Notes under the pieces: model-generated
Databases searched by the model: none
What the model saw: the letters and a program-made list of their open reading frames with translations, nothing else
Told to the model about the DNA's origin: nothing
Made by a program: the position numbers and the translations under genes
From: an uncultured Planctomycetaceae bacterium
GTDB taxonomy: Bacteria > Planctomycetota > Planctomycetia > Isosphaerales > Isosphaeraceae
Direction of reading: 5' to 3'
Length of the DNA: 64,000 bases
NCBI GenBank assembly: GCA_963833985.1
Contig: CAWIAD010000002.1
Coordinates: forward strand, 2,272,001 to 2,336,000
In this document: positions 32,243 through 44,079 of the stretch, piece by piece
How the letters are laid out: every line of letters begins with the position of its first letter
Numbering within the stretch: the first letter of the stretch is position 1

Positions 32243-35200
32243 CCACCGCGCCCCCAAAAGATTGGAAGAAAGACTTTGGGATCGACGGACGACAGCCGCC
32301 CGGTCTTTTCACAAGCAAAGACGAGCTGAAACCAGCGACACCTCAGGCGCATTTGCTCCGGCGCGCCTTCGAGTTGCTCGAACTGGATGGCGTGCTGTGT
32401 GCCGACCACTCGCCTATTGTCTACTTTAAGCTGATTAAACAGATCACTGCTGAAGCCGTGTACAAACTTCACAAGAAGTTTTGGAATCACGGCGGCGCGC
32501 CAGTCCTTGTCCTAATCACGAACGACAAAGTTCATGTATATTCCGGCATGTCCAGGCCGGTTCCTGGAGCTAGTTTAGCCGATCCGATGCCGAGCCTTAT
32601 CACCACGCTTGACCGCGTTGCGACCGGCCTTCGCGAGTTTCTGACTTCCGTGGAGTCGGGTGAGTTCTTTCGCAACAATCCGAGGTCATTCAATCCAGAA
32701 CACCGTGTCGATCGTGCCTTGTTAGAGAATCTCTCGGATACCCGCGAGGCATTGGTGTCTGCAACGCGGCGAAAAATTCCGACGGATGTACTCGACGCGC
32801 TCCTTTGCCGCCTCGTATTCACGTGCTATCTGTTTGACCGCGAGGTGATCGGGCCGACCTACCTGTCGGGAATCGGTGCCAAGGGTGCATCACATCTGAA
32901 GGACGTTCTTGCTATCCAACCGGCGACCGATGCCAAGACATCGCTTTACCGGCTGTTCAAGAAACTCGGTAAGGACTTTAATGGTGACCTCTTCAGCGAC
33001 GATTTAGACGTCGAAGCGGAGTATGTACAAGAGCAGCACATCAAGACTCTTAAAGACTTCTTCCACGGCACATCCGTTCGTGGTGGTCAGCAGACGTTCT
33101 GGCCTTATGATTTCAGCATCATCCCTATCGAAACGATCAGCGCCATCTATGAGCAGTTCTTAAAGGAATCCGACGAAAAGGCCGGTGCGTTCTACACACC
33201 TCGATTCCTGGCCGAAGTTGTACTCGATACGGCCCTGGATGGAATCAGCTCCATCATCGGGAAGAAGTGCTTCGATCCTGCCTGCGGTTCGGGAATCTTT
33301 CTCGTCGGACTCTTTAACCGCATGGCGGAGGAGTGGAAGCAACAGAATCCGAACGCCCGCAATCCTCGCCGTGCCCGCGAACTCATGGCGTTGCTCCGCG
33401 ACAACCTGTTCGGCGTGGATATTAACCCGACTGCCTGCCGAATTACGGCCTTCAGCCTTTATCTCGCGTACCTTGATCAACTCACCCCCCGCGACATCCA
33501 AGAGCATCAAGCGCAAGGCCGTTTCTTGCCCAATCTGATTGCCACAGACAACGTGCTAGCGAACATCCGGCGTGCCGACTTCTTCGACGGGACAGCCACT
33601 TTCCCAACGGAAATGGACTTGGTTATCGGTAACCCACCGTGGGGCAGCACTGCGACGGATTCCACTCCCGCAGGCGAGTGGTGCAATTCCCATAAAAGGC
33701 CCATTCCCGACAAACAGATTGCCGCCGCCTTCGTCTGGAAGGCTGTCGAACATGTTTCGTCGAAAGGCACGGTTTGCTTTGTGCTACCTCACGGTGTGTT
33801 ATTCCATCACAGTCACACGGCTCTGGAGTTCCAGAGCACATGGGTGAGTCAGCATGCGATCACTCGCATCTTAAACCTTGCGGACTTCCGCTGGTTTCTC
33901 TTCGGTAAGGCAGTGCATCCGGCACTCGTCGTGAGTTACGGGAAGAATCCACCGTTAGACACACGTCACCCAATCGAATACTGGGTTCCTAAAACAGATT
34001 GGACGGTAATAAGAACAGAGGTCATCACGATTGGGCCGAACGACCGTTCGGCGCTGACTGTTGGCGACATTCTGCAAGACTTGAAGAGCGCTGATGCTCC
34101 GCAACTCTGGAAGCAACGGTTCTGGGCATCACCTCGGGAACTCCGCCTCATCGATAGGCTTTCGCTGTATCCACGGCTCCGCGATATCGTGCGTGGCCCA
34201 AGGGAACGTAAAAGCAACAGGCCCTGGCTAATGGCCGTTGGATTCCAGCCGTTCGGCGAGAACGATCCTGAAAGCTCACGCAAGTCGCTCACACTCCCAT
34301 CAAGCCGCTTCATTCCTGCGACTTCGAGTACGATTGATCTCTTTATTTTGGAGGGTGACTGCCAGTCCCTTCCATCGAAACAAGTAGATGTGCGCAGATT
34401 GATTCAGAGTACACAGATTTTTCAGTCGCCTCATGTGCTTGTAGCGGAGGGCTACACGAGCATTGCTTACGCGGATTTCGACGTATCGTTCCAGCACGCA
34501 CTACGAGGCATTCACGGCCCGATGAAAGATCGCAATCTACTCATCTTCCTCGCGGCCTATTTGCGATCTCCGCTGGCGAAATTCTTCTTGTTCCATACAT
34601 CTTCCAGCTGGGGCGTGGCCAGGCCGAAGGTTCACGTTGAGGAAATCCTTCGCGTCCCAATGCCGCTACCGGATCAACAGCCGAATCCAAAGCGATGCTG
34701 GCAAATCGTTGAGAAGATCGCCGGGATTGTGGACGACGCTGCCCGCAAGTCTTCCGATGATTTTGTAGATCGTCTGGGGATTATTCAGTCCGCAGATGCG
34801 GCGATTGCACCATTGATCGACGAGTATTTCGAGATACACCCGCTGGAGAAGCCCCTCATCGAGGATACGGTGAAGGTTACCATCCCCAGCATTCAGCCCA
34901 CGCAAAAGCGTATGCCCGTTCCCACCATTGCTCCCAGCACCCCCTCGCAACGAGAAGCCTATTGCAGCCGTGTGTGCACCATGCTTAACGGCTGGGGCAA
35001 GCGAGGCGAATACAAGGTACGGGGGGCCGTGTACGCTTCCGATACGATGGGAGTCGGGATGGCCGTCCTTGAGAAGGTTAGCCGGACCGACGCTAAACCA
35101 TCGGCCAGTGACAACGGGCAAGACTTGCTGAAGGCGCTAGATCATCTGCGAAAGATTCATCCGCAACGGCTAGCTACACTCGATGTGGTGCGTGGCCTGC

Positions 35201-35331
35201 TCGTATTCGACAACAACCGGCTTTATATCGTGAAGCCCATCAGCCAGCGGCACTGGACACAAACTGCTGCGATGAACGACGCCGACGAAATCGCGGGTAC
35301 GATCCTGATGCGATCCAAGGAGGGCGCATGA
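32239..35331 (+). CDS. Large N6-adenine DNA methyltransferase (type IIG-like architecture), 1030 aa
   Basis: GAFYTP, FDPACGSGIFL (motif I) and IGNPPW (motif IV), followed by a TRD-like C-terminal half. Confidence 0.9.
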   Translation: MTTAPPKDWKKDFGIDGRQPPGLFTSKDELKPATPQAHLLRRAFELLELDGVLCADHSPIVYFKLIKQITAEAVYKLHKKFWNHGGAPVLVLITNDKVHVYSGMSRPVPGASLADPMPSLITTLDRVATGLREFLTSVESGEFFRNNPRSFNPEHRVDRALLENLSDTREALVSATRRKIPTDVLDALLCRLVFTCYLFDREVIGPTYLSGIGAKGASHLKDVLAIQPATDAKTSLYRLFKKLGKDFNGDLFSDDLDVEAEYVQEQHIKTLKDFFHGTSVRGGQQTFWPYDFSIIPIETISAIYEQFLKESDEKAGAFYTPRFLAEVVLDTALDGISSIIGKKCFDPACGSGIFLVGLFNRMAEEWKQQNPNARNPRRARELMALLRDNLFGVDINPTACRITAFSLYLAYLDQLTPRDIQEHQAQGRFLPNLIATDNVLANIRRADFFDGTATFPTEMDLVIGNPPWGSTATDSTPAGEWCNSHKRPIPDKQIAAAFVWKAVEHVSSKGTVCFVLPHGVLFHHSHTALEFQSTWVSQHAITRILNLADFRWFLFGKAVHPALVVSYGKNPPLDTRHPIEYWVPKTDWTVIRTEVITIGPNDRSALTVGDILQDLKSADAPQLWKQRFWASPRELRLIDRLSLYPRLRDIVRGPRERKSNRPWLMAVGFQPFGENDPESSRKSLTLPSSRFIPATSSTIDLFILEGDCQSLPSKQVDVRRLIQSTQIFQSPHVLVAEGYTSIAYADFDVSFQHALRGIHGPMKDRNLLIFLAAYLRSPLAKFFLFHTSSSWGVARPKVHVEEILRVPMPLPDQQPNPKRCWQIVEKIAGIVDDAARKSSDDFVDRLGIIQSADAAIAPLIDEYFEIHPLEKPLIEDTVKVTIPSIQPTQKRMPVPTIAPSTPSQREAYCSRVCTMLNGWGKRGEYKVRGAVYASDTMGVGMAVLEKVSRTDAKPSASDNGQDLLKALDHLRKIHPQRLATLDVVRGLLVFDNNRLYIVKPISQRHWTQTAAMNDADEIAGTILMRSKEGA

Positions 35332-36062
35332 AAGCACTAGGATCGCCCGAAGAGTGGGTCGATTTCATCGAGTCGCAAGTGCCTGCCATCCTCGCGCTCG
35401 TGATCGAAACTTGGGAAGCGATGCCGCCGCCAGCCGGAAATGAACTGGAAGACACAGCCTCGGTATCCTTGTGCCGGGCACTCAGGCAGTCCAGGAACAG
35501 TTGCGACCTTCCGTTTCGGATCGACACGCAGTTGGTTGAACTCGATCCAGCCGCCGGACAGGATCAGGGTCGAATGGATATAGTGTTCTCCCCCATGTAT
35601 CCACGAGAGCACATCTATTTTGCCCTGGAATGTAAGCGGCTAAATGTTCGGGGTGGCGACGGCGTGCGACCGTACCATGCCGAGTATGTAAGGTTTGGAA
35701 TGCTCCGGTTCGTGCGAGGGCAGTATGCGAACGCAGTACGTCACGGCGGTATGCTTGCGTTCGTTCTGGATGCCGACATTGTTGGAGCGATATCAGGCGT
35801 GGAAGGCAATATCCGAGCAAATTACGGCGACCTAGGTATGGATGCCTCTGGTGGTCTCCAAGCATCAACCGGACGACTTGGGGATGATAGGGTGCGGGAA
35901 ACCAGACATCGCCGAAACGGCCAAGTGCTGCCATTTGTTATCCAGCACTTGTTCATGGCGGGTGATCCGAATTCACCGTTGCGACCCGAAACGCCTCCGG
36001 TGGGAACGTCACCAAGAAAGAAGACAACTCAGAAATCCCGCAAGAAACAACAACTAGGCTGA
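35328..36062 (+). CDS. Hypothetical protein with PD-(D/E)xK nuclease-like motif
   Basis: LED...GRMDIVF...FALECKRL pattern. ATGA overlap with the MTase stop. Confidence 0.65.
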   Translation: MKALGSPEEWVDFIESQVPAILALVIETWEAMPPPAGNELEDTASVSLCRALRQSRNSCDLPFRIDTQLVELDPAAGQDQGRMDIVFSPMYPREHIYFALECKRLNVRGGDGVRPYHAEYVRFGMLRFVRGQYANAVRHGGMLAFVLDADIVGAISGVEGNIRANYGDLGMDASGGLQASTGRLGDDRVRETRHRRNGQVLPFVIQHLFMAGDPNSPLRPETPPVGTSPRKKTTQKSRKKQQLG

Positions 36063-36723
36063 TGAATCATGCAGATCGTAAAGGCAATACACATCTCACA
36101 CTCAACGAATTCTTGTGATGACGAGCGCAGGGGAGAAGTCCGTGGCTAATGCCGAAGCAAAATCCGCAAACGGGAATGGCGAGAAAGGAAAGGGACAGGC
36201 AGAGAGAGAGGGACTGGCAACGCAGCCATGGCCGGAACTCGCCTCTCGCTGCACGGCCGTTGACGCAACGCCCCTCGCCCGGCCTCATCATAGCGGGGGG
36301 GTGCGACAACGATGGTCGTGGCAAGAAGAAGCAATGCAAAAGGTCCTGGTCTGCGTGCAGGTTCGGCGGGTCGAGGCTGCACCCGGCAGGCTCCAGCCGG
36401 TGGCAGTGCATCCCGATCAACAGCGCACCTGTACGCAAGACCACATCGGACAGTAACACGCGCAGCGGTGAGTGTCAACAACCATGGAGCAAGTGCAACT
36501 GGCCGAAGCAGAAGGCATGAGTTCAAAAAAATGGGAGATTCTGGAAAAAAACCGCAAGGGAGGCAGATGGATCGGCCGCGCGTAGCGGATGCTGTCAATA
36601 GGGGGCATTCTCAGCGCGGGCAGCGTCGCGCGGCTTGAACCGCACACGATCGACGAGGATGCCCGTAGCTTGAGCCGCGGCCGGAACTGGTGGCCCTGCT
36701 CAGTGCTGCACGAAAAACACCGA

Positions 36724-36818
36724 GCGAAGCCAATTTTCATGATCCATCGAACTCTTACGCCACAAGGACTTACGTCATGAAATTGGGTTCCGCGACGACC
36801 GGGAACGAACCCAATTTC
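36724..36818. repeat. Palindromic CGAA(G/C)CCAATT element, copy 1
   Basis: Nested inverted repeats GCGAAGCCAATTTTCATGA / TCATGAAATTGGGTTC / GAACCCAATT. Confidence 0.7.
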
Positions 36819-36995
36819 GCGACGGGGAGTGCCCGGCAGGGTCGTATTGCACGATCCGGTGGAGTTCGGGAGAGAACGCCGGCGGGTCGGGCGGTCGCGA
36901 GCAGGCGGAACACGATCAAGGGGGCCGGGAACGAAGAGTTCGACCCGGACGCCGCGGGGCGGGTGCAGGTTGCTGCACGCAAGTGGTTGAGAGAT

Positions 36996-37025
36996 GGTGG
37001 GTTGCGCTGCGCTGACCCACCCTAC
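36996..37025 (-). repeat. GTAG-family REP palindrome
   Basis: Reverse complement reads GTAGGGTGGGTCAGCGCAGCGCAACCCACC. Confidence 0.75.
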
Positions 37026-37057
37026 GAGGTTCCAGAAACGGGCATCTGGGACGACGC

Positions 37058-37152
37058 GGAACGAAGCCAATCTTGAAAGTTGTTAGCTGATGTGGCTCAT
37101 GGGTTTACGTCATGAAATTGGCTTTTTGGGGGGGGCAGAACGAACCCAATTC
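37058..37152. repeat. Palindromic CGAA(G/C)CCAATT element, copy 2
   Basis: Shares CGAAGCCAAT...TTACGTCATGAAATTGG...GAACGAACCCAATT with copy 1. Confidence 0.7.
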
Positions 37153-37349
37153 CGGAGGGGGGAGAGCCGTGTCGTCCCGGACGTCCGGTGAGAGCCTGGA
37201 GCGGCTGGCTCTTGCGGTCGAGACCGCGGCGAGGGCGACTCGGATCGGGGGATCGTTGACACTCCGATCGCAGGGCAGGAAGATGACCGGGTGAGCAGAC
37301 AACGAGACGCGTCGCGGAGACGCACCAGGCCCGCAGAGGAGATTCGTTG

Positions 37350-38648
37350 ATGGCCAGTCCGAAGCCGGAACCGCCCGCCGGAGGGGCGCGGGTGACGATC
37401 GCCGACGGCAAGCTGAGCGTGCCCGATCATCCGATCATCCCGTTCATCGAAGGCGACGGCACCGGGCCGGATATCTGGCGGGCGAGCGTGCGCGTGCTCG
37501 ATGCGGCCGTGCAGAAGGCGTACGGCGGCAAGCGGCAGATGGCCTGGATGGAGGTCTACGCCGGCGAGAAGGCCCACACCCAGTTCTCGACCTGGCTGCC
37601 GGACGAGACCGTTGCCGCCTTCCGCGAGTACCTGGTCGGCATCAAGGGGCCGCTCACCACACCGATCGGCGGCGGCATCCGCTCGCTCAACGTGGCGCTG
37701 CGGCAGTTGCTCGATCTCTACGTCTGCCTGCGGCCGGTCCGCTGGTTTCAGGGCGTGCCCTCGCCGGTGAAGCGTCCCGACCTGGTCGACATGGTGATCT
37801 TCCGCGAGAACACCGAGGACGTGTACGCGGGCATCGAGTTCGAGGCCGGCAGCGCCGATGCGCGGAAGGTTATAACGTTCCTGAAGGACAATTTCCCGAA
37901 CATGTACCAGAAGATCCGCTTCCCGGAGACGGCGGCCATCGGCATCAAGCCGATCTCCAGCGAGGGGACCGAGCGGCTGGTGCGCTCGGCGGTCCGGTAC
38001 GCCATCGCCAACAAGCGGAAGAGCGTGACCCTGGTGCACAAGGGAAACATCATGAAGTTCACCGAGGGGGGGTTCCGGAACTGGGGCTACGCGCTGGCCG
38101 AGCGCGAGTTCGCCGGTCAAACCTGCTCCTGGAACGCCTGGGAGAAGACCAAGGCGCAGCAGGGTGAGGGCGCGGCCAACGAGGAGCAGAAGGCCGCCCT
38201 GGCCGCCGGCAAGGTCCTGGTCAAGGACGCCATCGCCGACATCACGCTCCAGCAGGTGCTCACCCGGCCCTCCGAGTTCGACGTGATCGTGACGCCCAAC
38301 CTCAACGGCGATTACCTTTCCGACGCCCTGGCCGCGCAGGTGGGCGGCATCGGCATCGCGCCGGGCGGGAACATCAACTATGAGACGGGCCATGCCGTCT
38401 TCGAGGCGACCCACGGCACCGCCCCCAAGTACGCCAACCTGGACCAGGTGAACCCCGGTTCGGTGATCCTCTCCGGCGAGATGATGCTCCGCTACCTGGG
38501 CTGGGCCGAGGCGGCCGACCTGGTCATCAAGGGCATGGATGGCGCCATCGGCAAGAAGACCGTCACGTACGACTTCGCCCGCCTCATGGAAGGTGCCACC
38601 CAGGTGAAGTGCAGCGCGTTCGGCGACGCGGTGATCGCCAGCATGTGA
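37350..38648 (+). CDS. icd: NADP-dependent isocitrate dehydrogenase
   Basis: [38 protein letters not shown] and [11 protein letters not shown] motifs. Confidence 0.96.
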   Translation: MASPKPEPPAGGARVTIADGKLSVPDHPIIPFIEGDGTGPDIWRASVRVLDAAVQKAYGGKRQMAWMEVYAGEKAHTQFSTWLPDETVAAFREYLVGIKGPLTTPIGGGIRSLNVALRQLLDLYVCLRPVRWFQGVPSPVKRPDLVDMVIFRENTEDVYAGIEFEAGSADARKVITFLKDNFPNMYQKIRFPETAAIGIKPISSEGTERLVRSAVRYAIANKRKSVTLVHKGNIMKFTEGGFRNWGYALAEREFAGQTCSWNAWEKTKAQQGEGAANEEQKAALAAGKVLVKDAIADITLQQVLTRPSEFDVIVTPNLNGDYLSDALAAQVGGIGIAPGGNINYETGHAVFEATHGTAPKYANLDQVNPGSVILSGEMMLRYLGWAEAADLVIKGMDGAIGKKTVTYDFARLMEGATQVKCSAFGDAVIASM

Positions 38649-38698
38649 GCCCCGAGCGGACTGACTGCCTGGGGCCTGCGTTCCGGGGGGAAGTTCCC

Positions 38699-40431
38699 AT
38701 GTGGATCCCCAGGGCACACGATCGCCTGGCCAGGCAGGGCGCCGCGGCGATTCATGAGGCGTTTCAGGAATACGATTGCGGCTTCCTGGCCATCACCCGC
38801 CGCGCCCGGGTGCGGTTCGAGAACCGCGACTGGCGCGGCATGCAGCAGGATGCGCTCGAGCGGCTGGAGCTGTACGGGCGGGTGATTTCCAGGGTCGTCG
38901 CCACGATCCGTGGGCTCCTGGACGCCTTTGAGAAGGACAAGAAGCTCTGGGCCGCCATGAAGTCGGCCTACATCGACCGGATCGCCCGCCGGGAGGACAT
39001 CGAGCTGGCCGAGACCTTCTTCAACTCGGTCAGCCGGCGCATCTTCACGACCATCGGCGTCGACCCCCGGATCGAGTTCCTCAGCTCCGACTTCGATACC
39101 CGGCCTCATGCCCCAGGCACCCCGATCTACCGGTCATATCCGGTCGGCGAGTCCTTGCCGCAGGTCGTCGAGCAGATGCTCGCGGCCTGCGAATTCCAGG
39201 CGCCCTTCGAGGACCTCCGGCGCAACGCGCAAGGAGCGGCCCGCGCCATCCTGCGTGAGCAGCGGAAGGCAGGTGCGGCCGGCACCATCGACGCCATCGA
39301 CATGATTCCATCGGTTTTCTACCGCAACCAGGGCGCCTACCTGGTAGGCCGGATCCGTAGCGGTGCGCAGGTGACGCCGCTGACCCTGGCGCTCCATCAT
39401 GAGCCGGGCGGCATCGTCGTCGACGCGGTGCTGCTCTCGGCCGACGAGGTGAGCATCATCTTCAGCTTCACCCGCTCCTACTTCCACGTGGAGGTCGAGC
39501 GCCCGCGCGACCTGGTGATGTTCCTCAAGTCGTTCCTGCCGCGCAAGCCGCTCGCCGAGCTTTACATCGCCATCGGCTACAACAAGCACGGCAAGACCGA
39601 GCTTTACCGGGACCTGATGCGGCACATCGAGGAATCGAGCGACCTGTTCGAGATTGCCCCCGGCGACCGCGGCATGGTGATGTCCGTCTTCACGCTCCCC
39701 TCGTTCGACGTCGTCTTCAAGGTGATTCGCGACCGCTTCGCGTATCCCAAGACTTCATCCCGCCAGGACGTGATGGACCGTTACCAGCTCGTTTTCAAGC
39801 ACGACCGCGCCGGGCGGCTGGCCGACGTCCAGGAATTCGAGCACCTGGCGTTCGCTCGCGAGCGTTTCGCGCCGAGCTTCTGAGCGAGCTGGCCGGCGAG
39901 GCCGCCGAGACGGTGGCCACTGGCCCGCGCACGGTGGAGATCCGGCACGTCTACGTGGAGCGGCGGATGACGCCCCTGAACCTGTACATCCGCGAATCCA
40001 GCCTGGACGACGCCCGCAAGGCGATCATCGACTACGGGCAGGCCGTCCGCGACCTGGCGGCCACGAACATCTTCCCCGGCGACTTGCTCTTGAAGAACTT
40101 CGGCGTCACCCGCCACGGCCGCGTGGTCTTCTACGATTACGATGAGCTCTGCCTCGTCACGGACTGCCATTTTCGCGAGCTGCCCACGGCCTCGAACGAT
40201 GATGAGGAATGCGGCGTCGAGCCCTGGTTCTACGTTGGCCCCAGCGACATCTTCCCCGAAGAATTCATCAACTTCCTGGGCCTGGGGGGAGAGCTGCGCG
40301 AGGCCTTCCTGGGAGCCCACCGCGAACTCCTGACGGCACAGTACTGGCAGGGCATCCAGGCACGCCACAGCGCCGGGGAATTGCTCGATGTCTATCCCTA
40401 TCCCTGCGCACGGCGGCTCGTTGCGCAGTGA
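38699..40431 (+). CDS. aceK: Isocitrate dehydrogenase kinase/phosphatase (frameshift near 39880)
   Basis: AETFFNSV, KHGKTELYR, APG.RGMVM, KVIRDRF, HDRAGRLAD and IFPGDLLLKNFGVTRHGRVVFYDYDE motifs. Confidence 0.92.
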
Positions 40432-40566
40432 CGGCCAGGTTTCTGCTCATGAACCTGGCCCACTTCCACGTATCATCACCCCGTGTTAATCTGGGTTGCC
40501 TCGCGAAGATAAAGCGAGTTTTTCGGCTCATCCTGCGTGGATCGGACTTGACGAGGTTCGCTCGCC

Positions 40567-43500
40567 ATGACGCTGCAAGTTCATCGCCCGAGGTTGCTGA
40601 TCTCGTTTGCCCTGGCCTGCTGGGCGAGCATGGTCGCGCTTGCGCCGCCGCTCGATGCCCGTGAGTGGCTCGAACCGCCCAGGGACGCCGACGCAAGCAA
40701 GAAAGCGGAGGAGAAGGAACTGCCGCTGAAGCCGGACAGGACGATCGCGTTCACGACCGAGGAAGGAACCTGGGTGTCGCTCGATGTCTCACCCGACGGC
40801 AAGACGATCGTTTTCGAGCTTCTGGGCGATCTCTACACGGTGCCGATCGAGGGGGGCGAGGCGAAGGCGATCGCAACGGGTCTCGCCTTTGACAGCCAGC
40901 CCCGGTTCTCGCCCGACGGCAAGCAGCTCGCCTTCGTGAGCGACCGTGACGGCTCTGAGAATCTCTGGATCGCCGGCGCTGACGGATCGGGCCCGAGACC
41001 GCTCTCGAAGGACAGGCAAAGCCTCTTCACCTCTCCGTCCTGGACGCCGGAGGGTGATTACGTGCTCGTCTCGCGCAGGATCAGGCACCCATCGGCGCTT
41101 TTGAGTTGTGGATGTACCACGCCAGGGGCGGCACGGGTGTGCAGGTGACCAAGGGGAAGACGAAGCCGGATGCCAGGCGGGACGATTACGTGCACGCGGT
41201 CGGCGCCGTGGCGTCGGCGGACGGGGCGTACTTTTACTACACGAAACGGGAAGGCCTGTTCAACGCATACAACAACCTGAATTTTCCGCTCTCCCAGGTT
41301 GTCCGGAGGGACCGGGTGACGGGCACGGAAGATACGATCACCGAGGCGGTCGGCAGTGCCTTCCGCCCCGCGCTGTCGCCGGACGGAATCAGGCTCGTTT
41401 ACGCAACCCGCGTCGACAACGAGACCGGGCTGCGGCTGCGGGAACTTGCAAGCGGCGAGGAACGCTGGCTCAAGCTGCCGGTCCAGCGCGACGAGCAGGA
41501 GTCTCGCTTCACGCGCGACCTGCTGCCCGGATACGCCTTCACTCCCGACGGCAAGGCGGTGATCGCCGGTTACGGAGGCAAGATTCATCGGGTCGAGCTG
41601 GCGACCGGCACGGATCGGGTCATTCCCTTCAAGGCGAAGGTCTCGCAGCCGGTGGGGTCGCGGCTGAACTTTCCCACGCGGGTGGACGACGGTCCGATCC
41701 GTGCGCGGTTGATCCAGGATCCTGAGCCCTCGCGCGATGGCAAGCGGCTGGCGTTCTCTGCCCTCACGCGGCTCTACGTGATGGATCTGCCGGGCGGCAA
41801 GCCGGTCCAGCTGTCGGCCGATGATGCCCGCGAGTTTCACCCGACCTGGTCGCCGGATGGGAAGTGGCTGGCCTACGTGAGCTGGGGGCCCGACGGGGGC
41901 CAGCTCTGGAAACGGCCGGCCGACGGTACCGGGCCCCCGCAGCAACTCACCCGCGTGCCGGCCTTTTATCGAGACCCGGTGTGGACGCCCGACGGCTCGC
42001 GCCTGGTCGTGCTGCGCGCCCGCGCCGCGAGAAGGTCGAGAACGCCGTGGAGTTCGGCGCCAGTGCCGGGCTCGATCTTCTCTGGGTACCGGCCGGCGGC
42101 GGAGAGACGCACCTCATCAGCCCGGCGCAGGGCGCGAGTACCCCTCACTTTGGACCCGAGCCGGACCGCGTCTATGTCACCACGCCCGCCGGCCTGGTCT
42201 CGATGCGGTTCGACGGTACCGACCGCCGTACGCACCTGAAGGTGGTTGGCAAGAAGATGATGTTCGGCGACAACCCGGTCCCCGCCGAGGTCATCCTGCT
42301 GCGGCCCGACGGCCGCTGGGCCCTGGCACTGGTGACCAACCAGGTGTATCTCATGGCGCTGCCGCGGTTTGGCGGCGAGCCTCCCACGGTCGACGTGCAC
42401 GCCTCTCCCGTTCCGCTCAAGAAGCTCACCGACATCGGGGCCGACTATCTCGCCTGGGCCGACGATGGCCAGACAGTGACGTGGGCCCTCGGCGCCAGCC
42501 TGTTTCGCCTTCCCTTCCGCTCGATCGCCTTCGAACCACCGCGAGAAGAACCGGAAGGAAAGGATAGCTCGGCCCCGCCGAAGCAGGAGAAGCCGCCGGC
42601 CGCGGAGGAGATCGCCGTGGTCATTGAACGGCCCAGGTCAAGCCCGCATGGGTCGATCGTGCTGCGCGGCGCCCGGGTGATCACGATGCGGGGCGACGAG
42701 GTGGTCGAGGGCGGCGACGTCGTCGTGAGCGGCCATCGGATCGTGGCCGTGGGGCCGACGGGCAAGGCCAGTGTGCCGCCTGGCGCGACGATCATCGACG
42801 TCGCGGGCACCACGATCACTCCCGGCTTCGTCGACACGCATGCTCACTGGACGGAGATTCGACGGGCCGTACTTGACCTTCAAAACTGGAGCTTCTTCGC
42901 CAACCTCGCGTACGGCGTGACGACGGGGCGAGACCCGCAAACGTCGACCAATGACATGTTCGCTTACCAGGATCTGGTCGAGGCAGGCGAGCTGGTCGGG
43001 CCACGGGCTTTCTCCACCGGTCCGGGAGTGTTCTCGGACACCGACTTTCAGTCGGCGGACGAGGCCGAATCGGTGGTCGCCCGGTACAAGAAGTACTTTC
43101 GCACGAACACTCTCAAGTCCTACATGATCGGCAATCGCCGCCAGCGCGAGTGGATGGTCGCGGCCTGCCGCAAGCATGAGGTGATGCCCACCACGGAAGG
43201 GGGTCTCGATCTGAAACTGAACCTGACGCACGCCCTGGATGGATTCAGCGGCAACGAGCACAGCTTGCCGGTCGTACCGCTCTTCGCCGACGTGGTCGAG
43301 CTGTTCGCGCGAACCGGGATCTCCTACACGCCCACCCTGCTGGTGGCCTACGGCGGGCCGTGGGGCGAAACCTACTACTTCACGACGACCGACATCCACG
43401 ACGATCCAAAGATTCGCCGCTTCATTCCTCACAGCGTGCTCGACCAGAAAGTCCGGCGTTCCGCCTGGTTCCACAAGGACGAGCACATCTTTCCCAGGAT

Positions 43501-43885
43501 CGCCGCCTCGGCCGCGAAGGTCCTCCGGGCGGGCGGCCACGTCTGCATCGGCAGCCACGGCGAGATGCAGGGGATCGGCTACCACTGGGAGTTATGGTCG
43601 CTGGCCAGCGGCGGTTTGACCCCGATGGAGGCGCTCCGTGCCGCCACCGTGAACGGCGCAGAGGCCATCGGCTACGGGCAAGACCTGGGCAGCCTCGAGC
43701 CGGGCAAGCTCGCGGACCTGGTGGTGTTCCGGAAGAACCCCCTGGCCGACATCCACAACACCCGCGAGATCCGCTACGTGATGAAGAACGGCGAGCTCTT
43801 CGAGGGCGACACGCTCGACCGCGTCTGGCCCGACCGCAAGCCCCTGCCACCGCTCTGGTGGTGGGACACGAAGGTCAGTCGATGA
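40567..43885 (+). CDS. Secreted TolB-like/PD40 beta-propeller plus amidohydrolase (frameshifts near 41090 and 42030)
   Basis: Signal peptide and repeated SPDGK motifs. C-terminal PGFVDTHAH and GSLEPGKLADLVV motifs. Confidence 0.85.
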
Positions 43886-44079
43886 GGCTCGATCGCTCCA
43901 CGAATGGGCCCAACTGGCATCCTTCGAATTCTCTCGGAGTCAAGGCGCAGCCTCCTTCGGATCGCCGTACGCGATCAGAAAAGTCCGGGGCTGCCCTCGG
44001 GGAAGTTTGATTCTTCCTGAGACGGATTGAGGCCAATGTGCGCCATGAGGGATAACTTCTTACCGGAGGGTTTCCGTCC

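Noticed and set aside
36067..36700. Short ORFs downstream of the nuclease-like gene as a fourth system component
   Set aside because: Several overlapping low-complexity frames with no coupling or motif. None can be supported.
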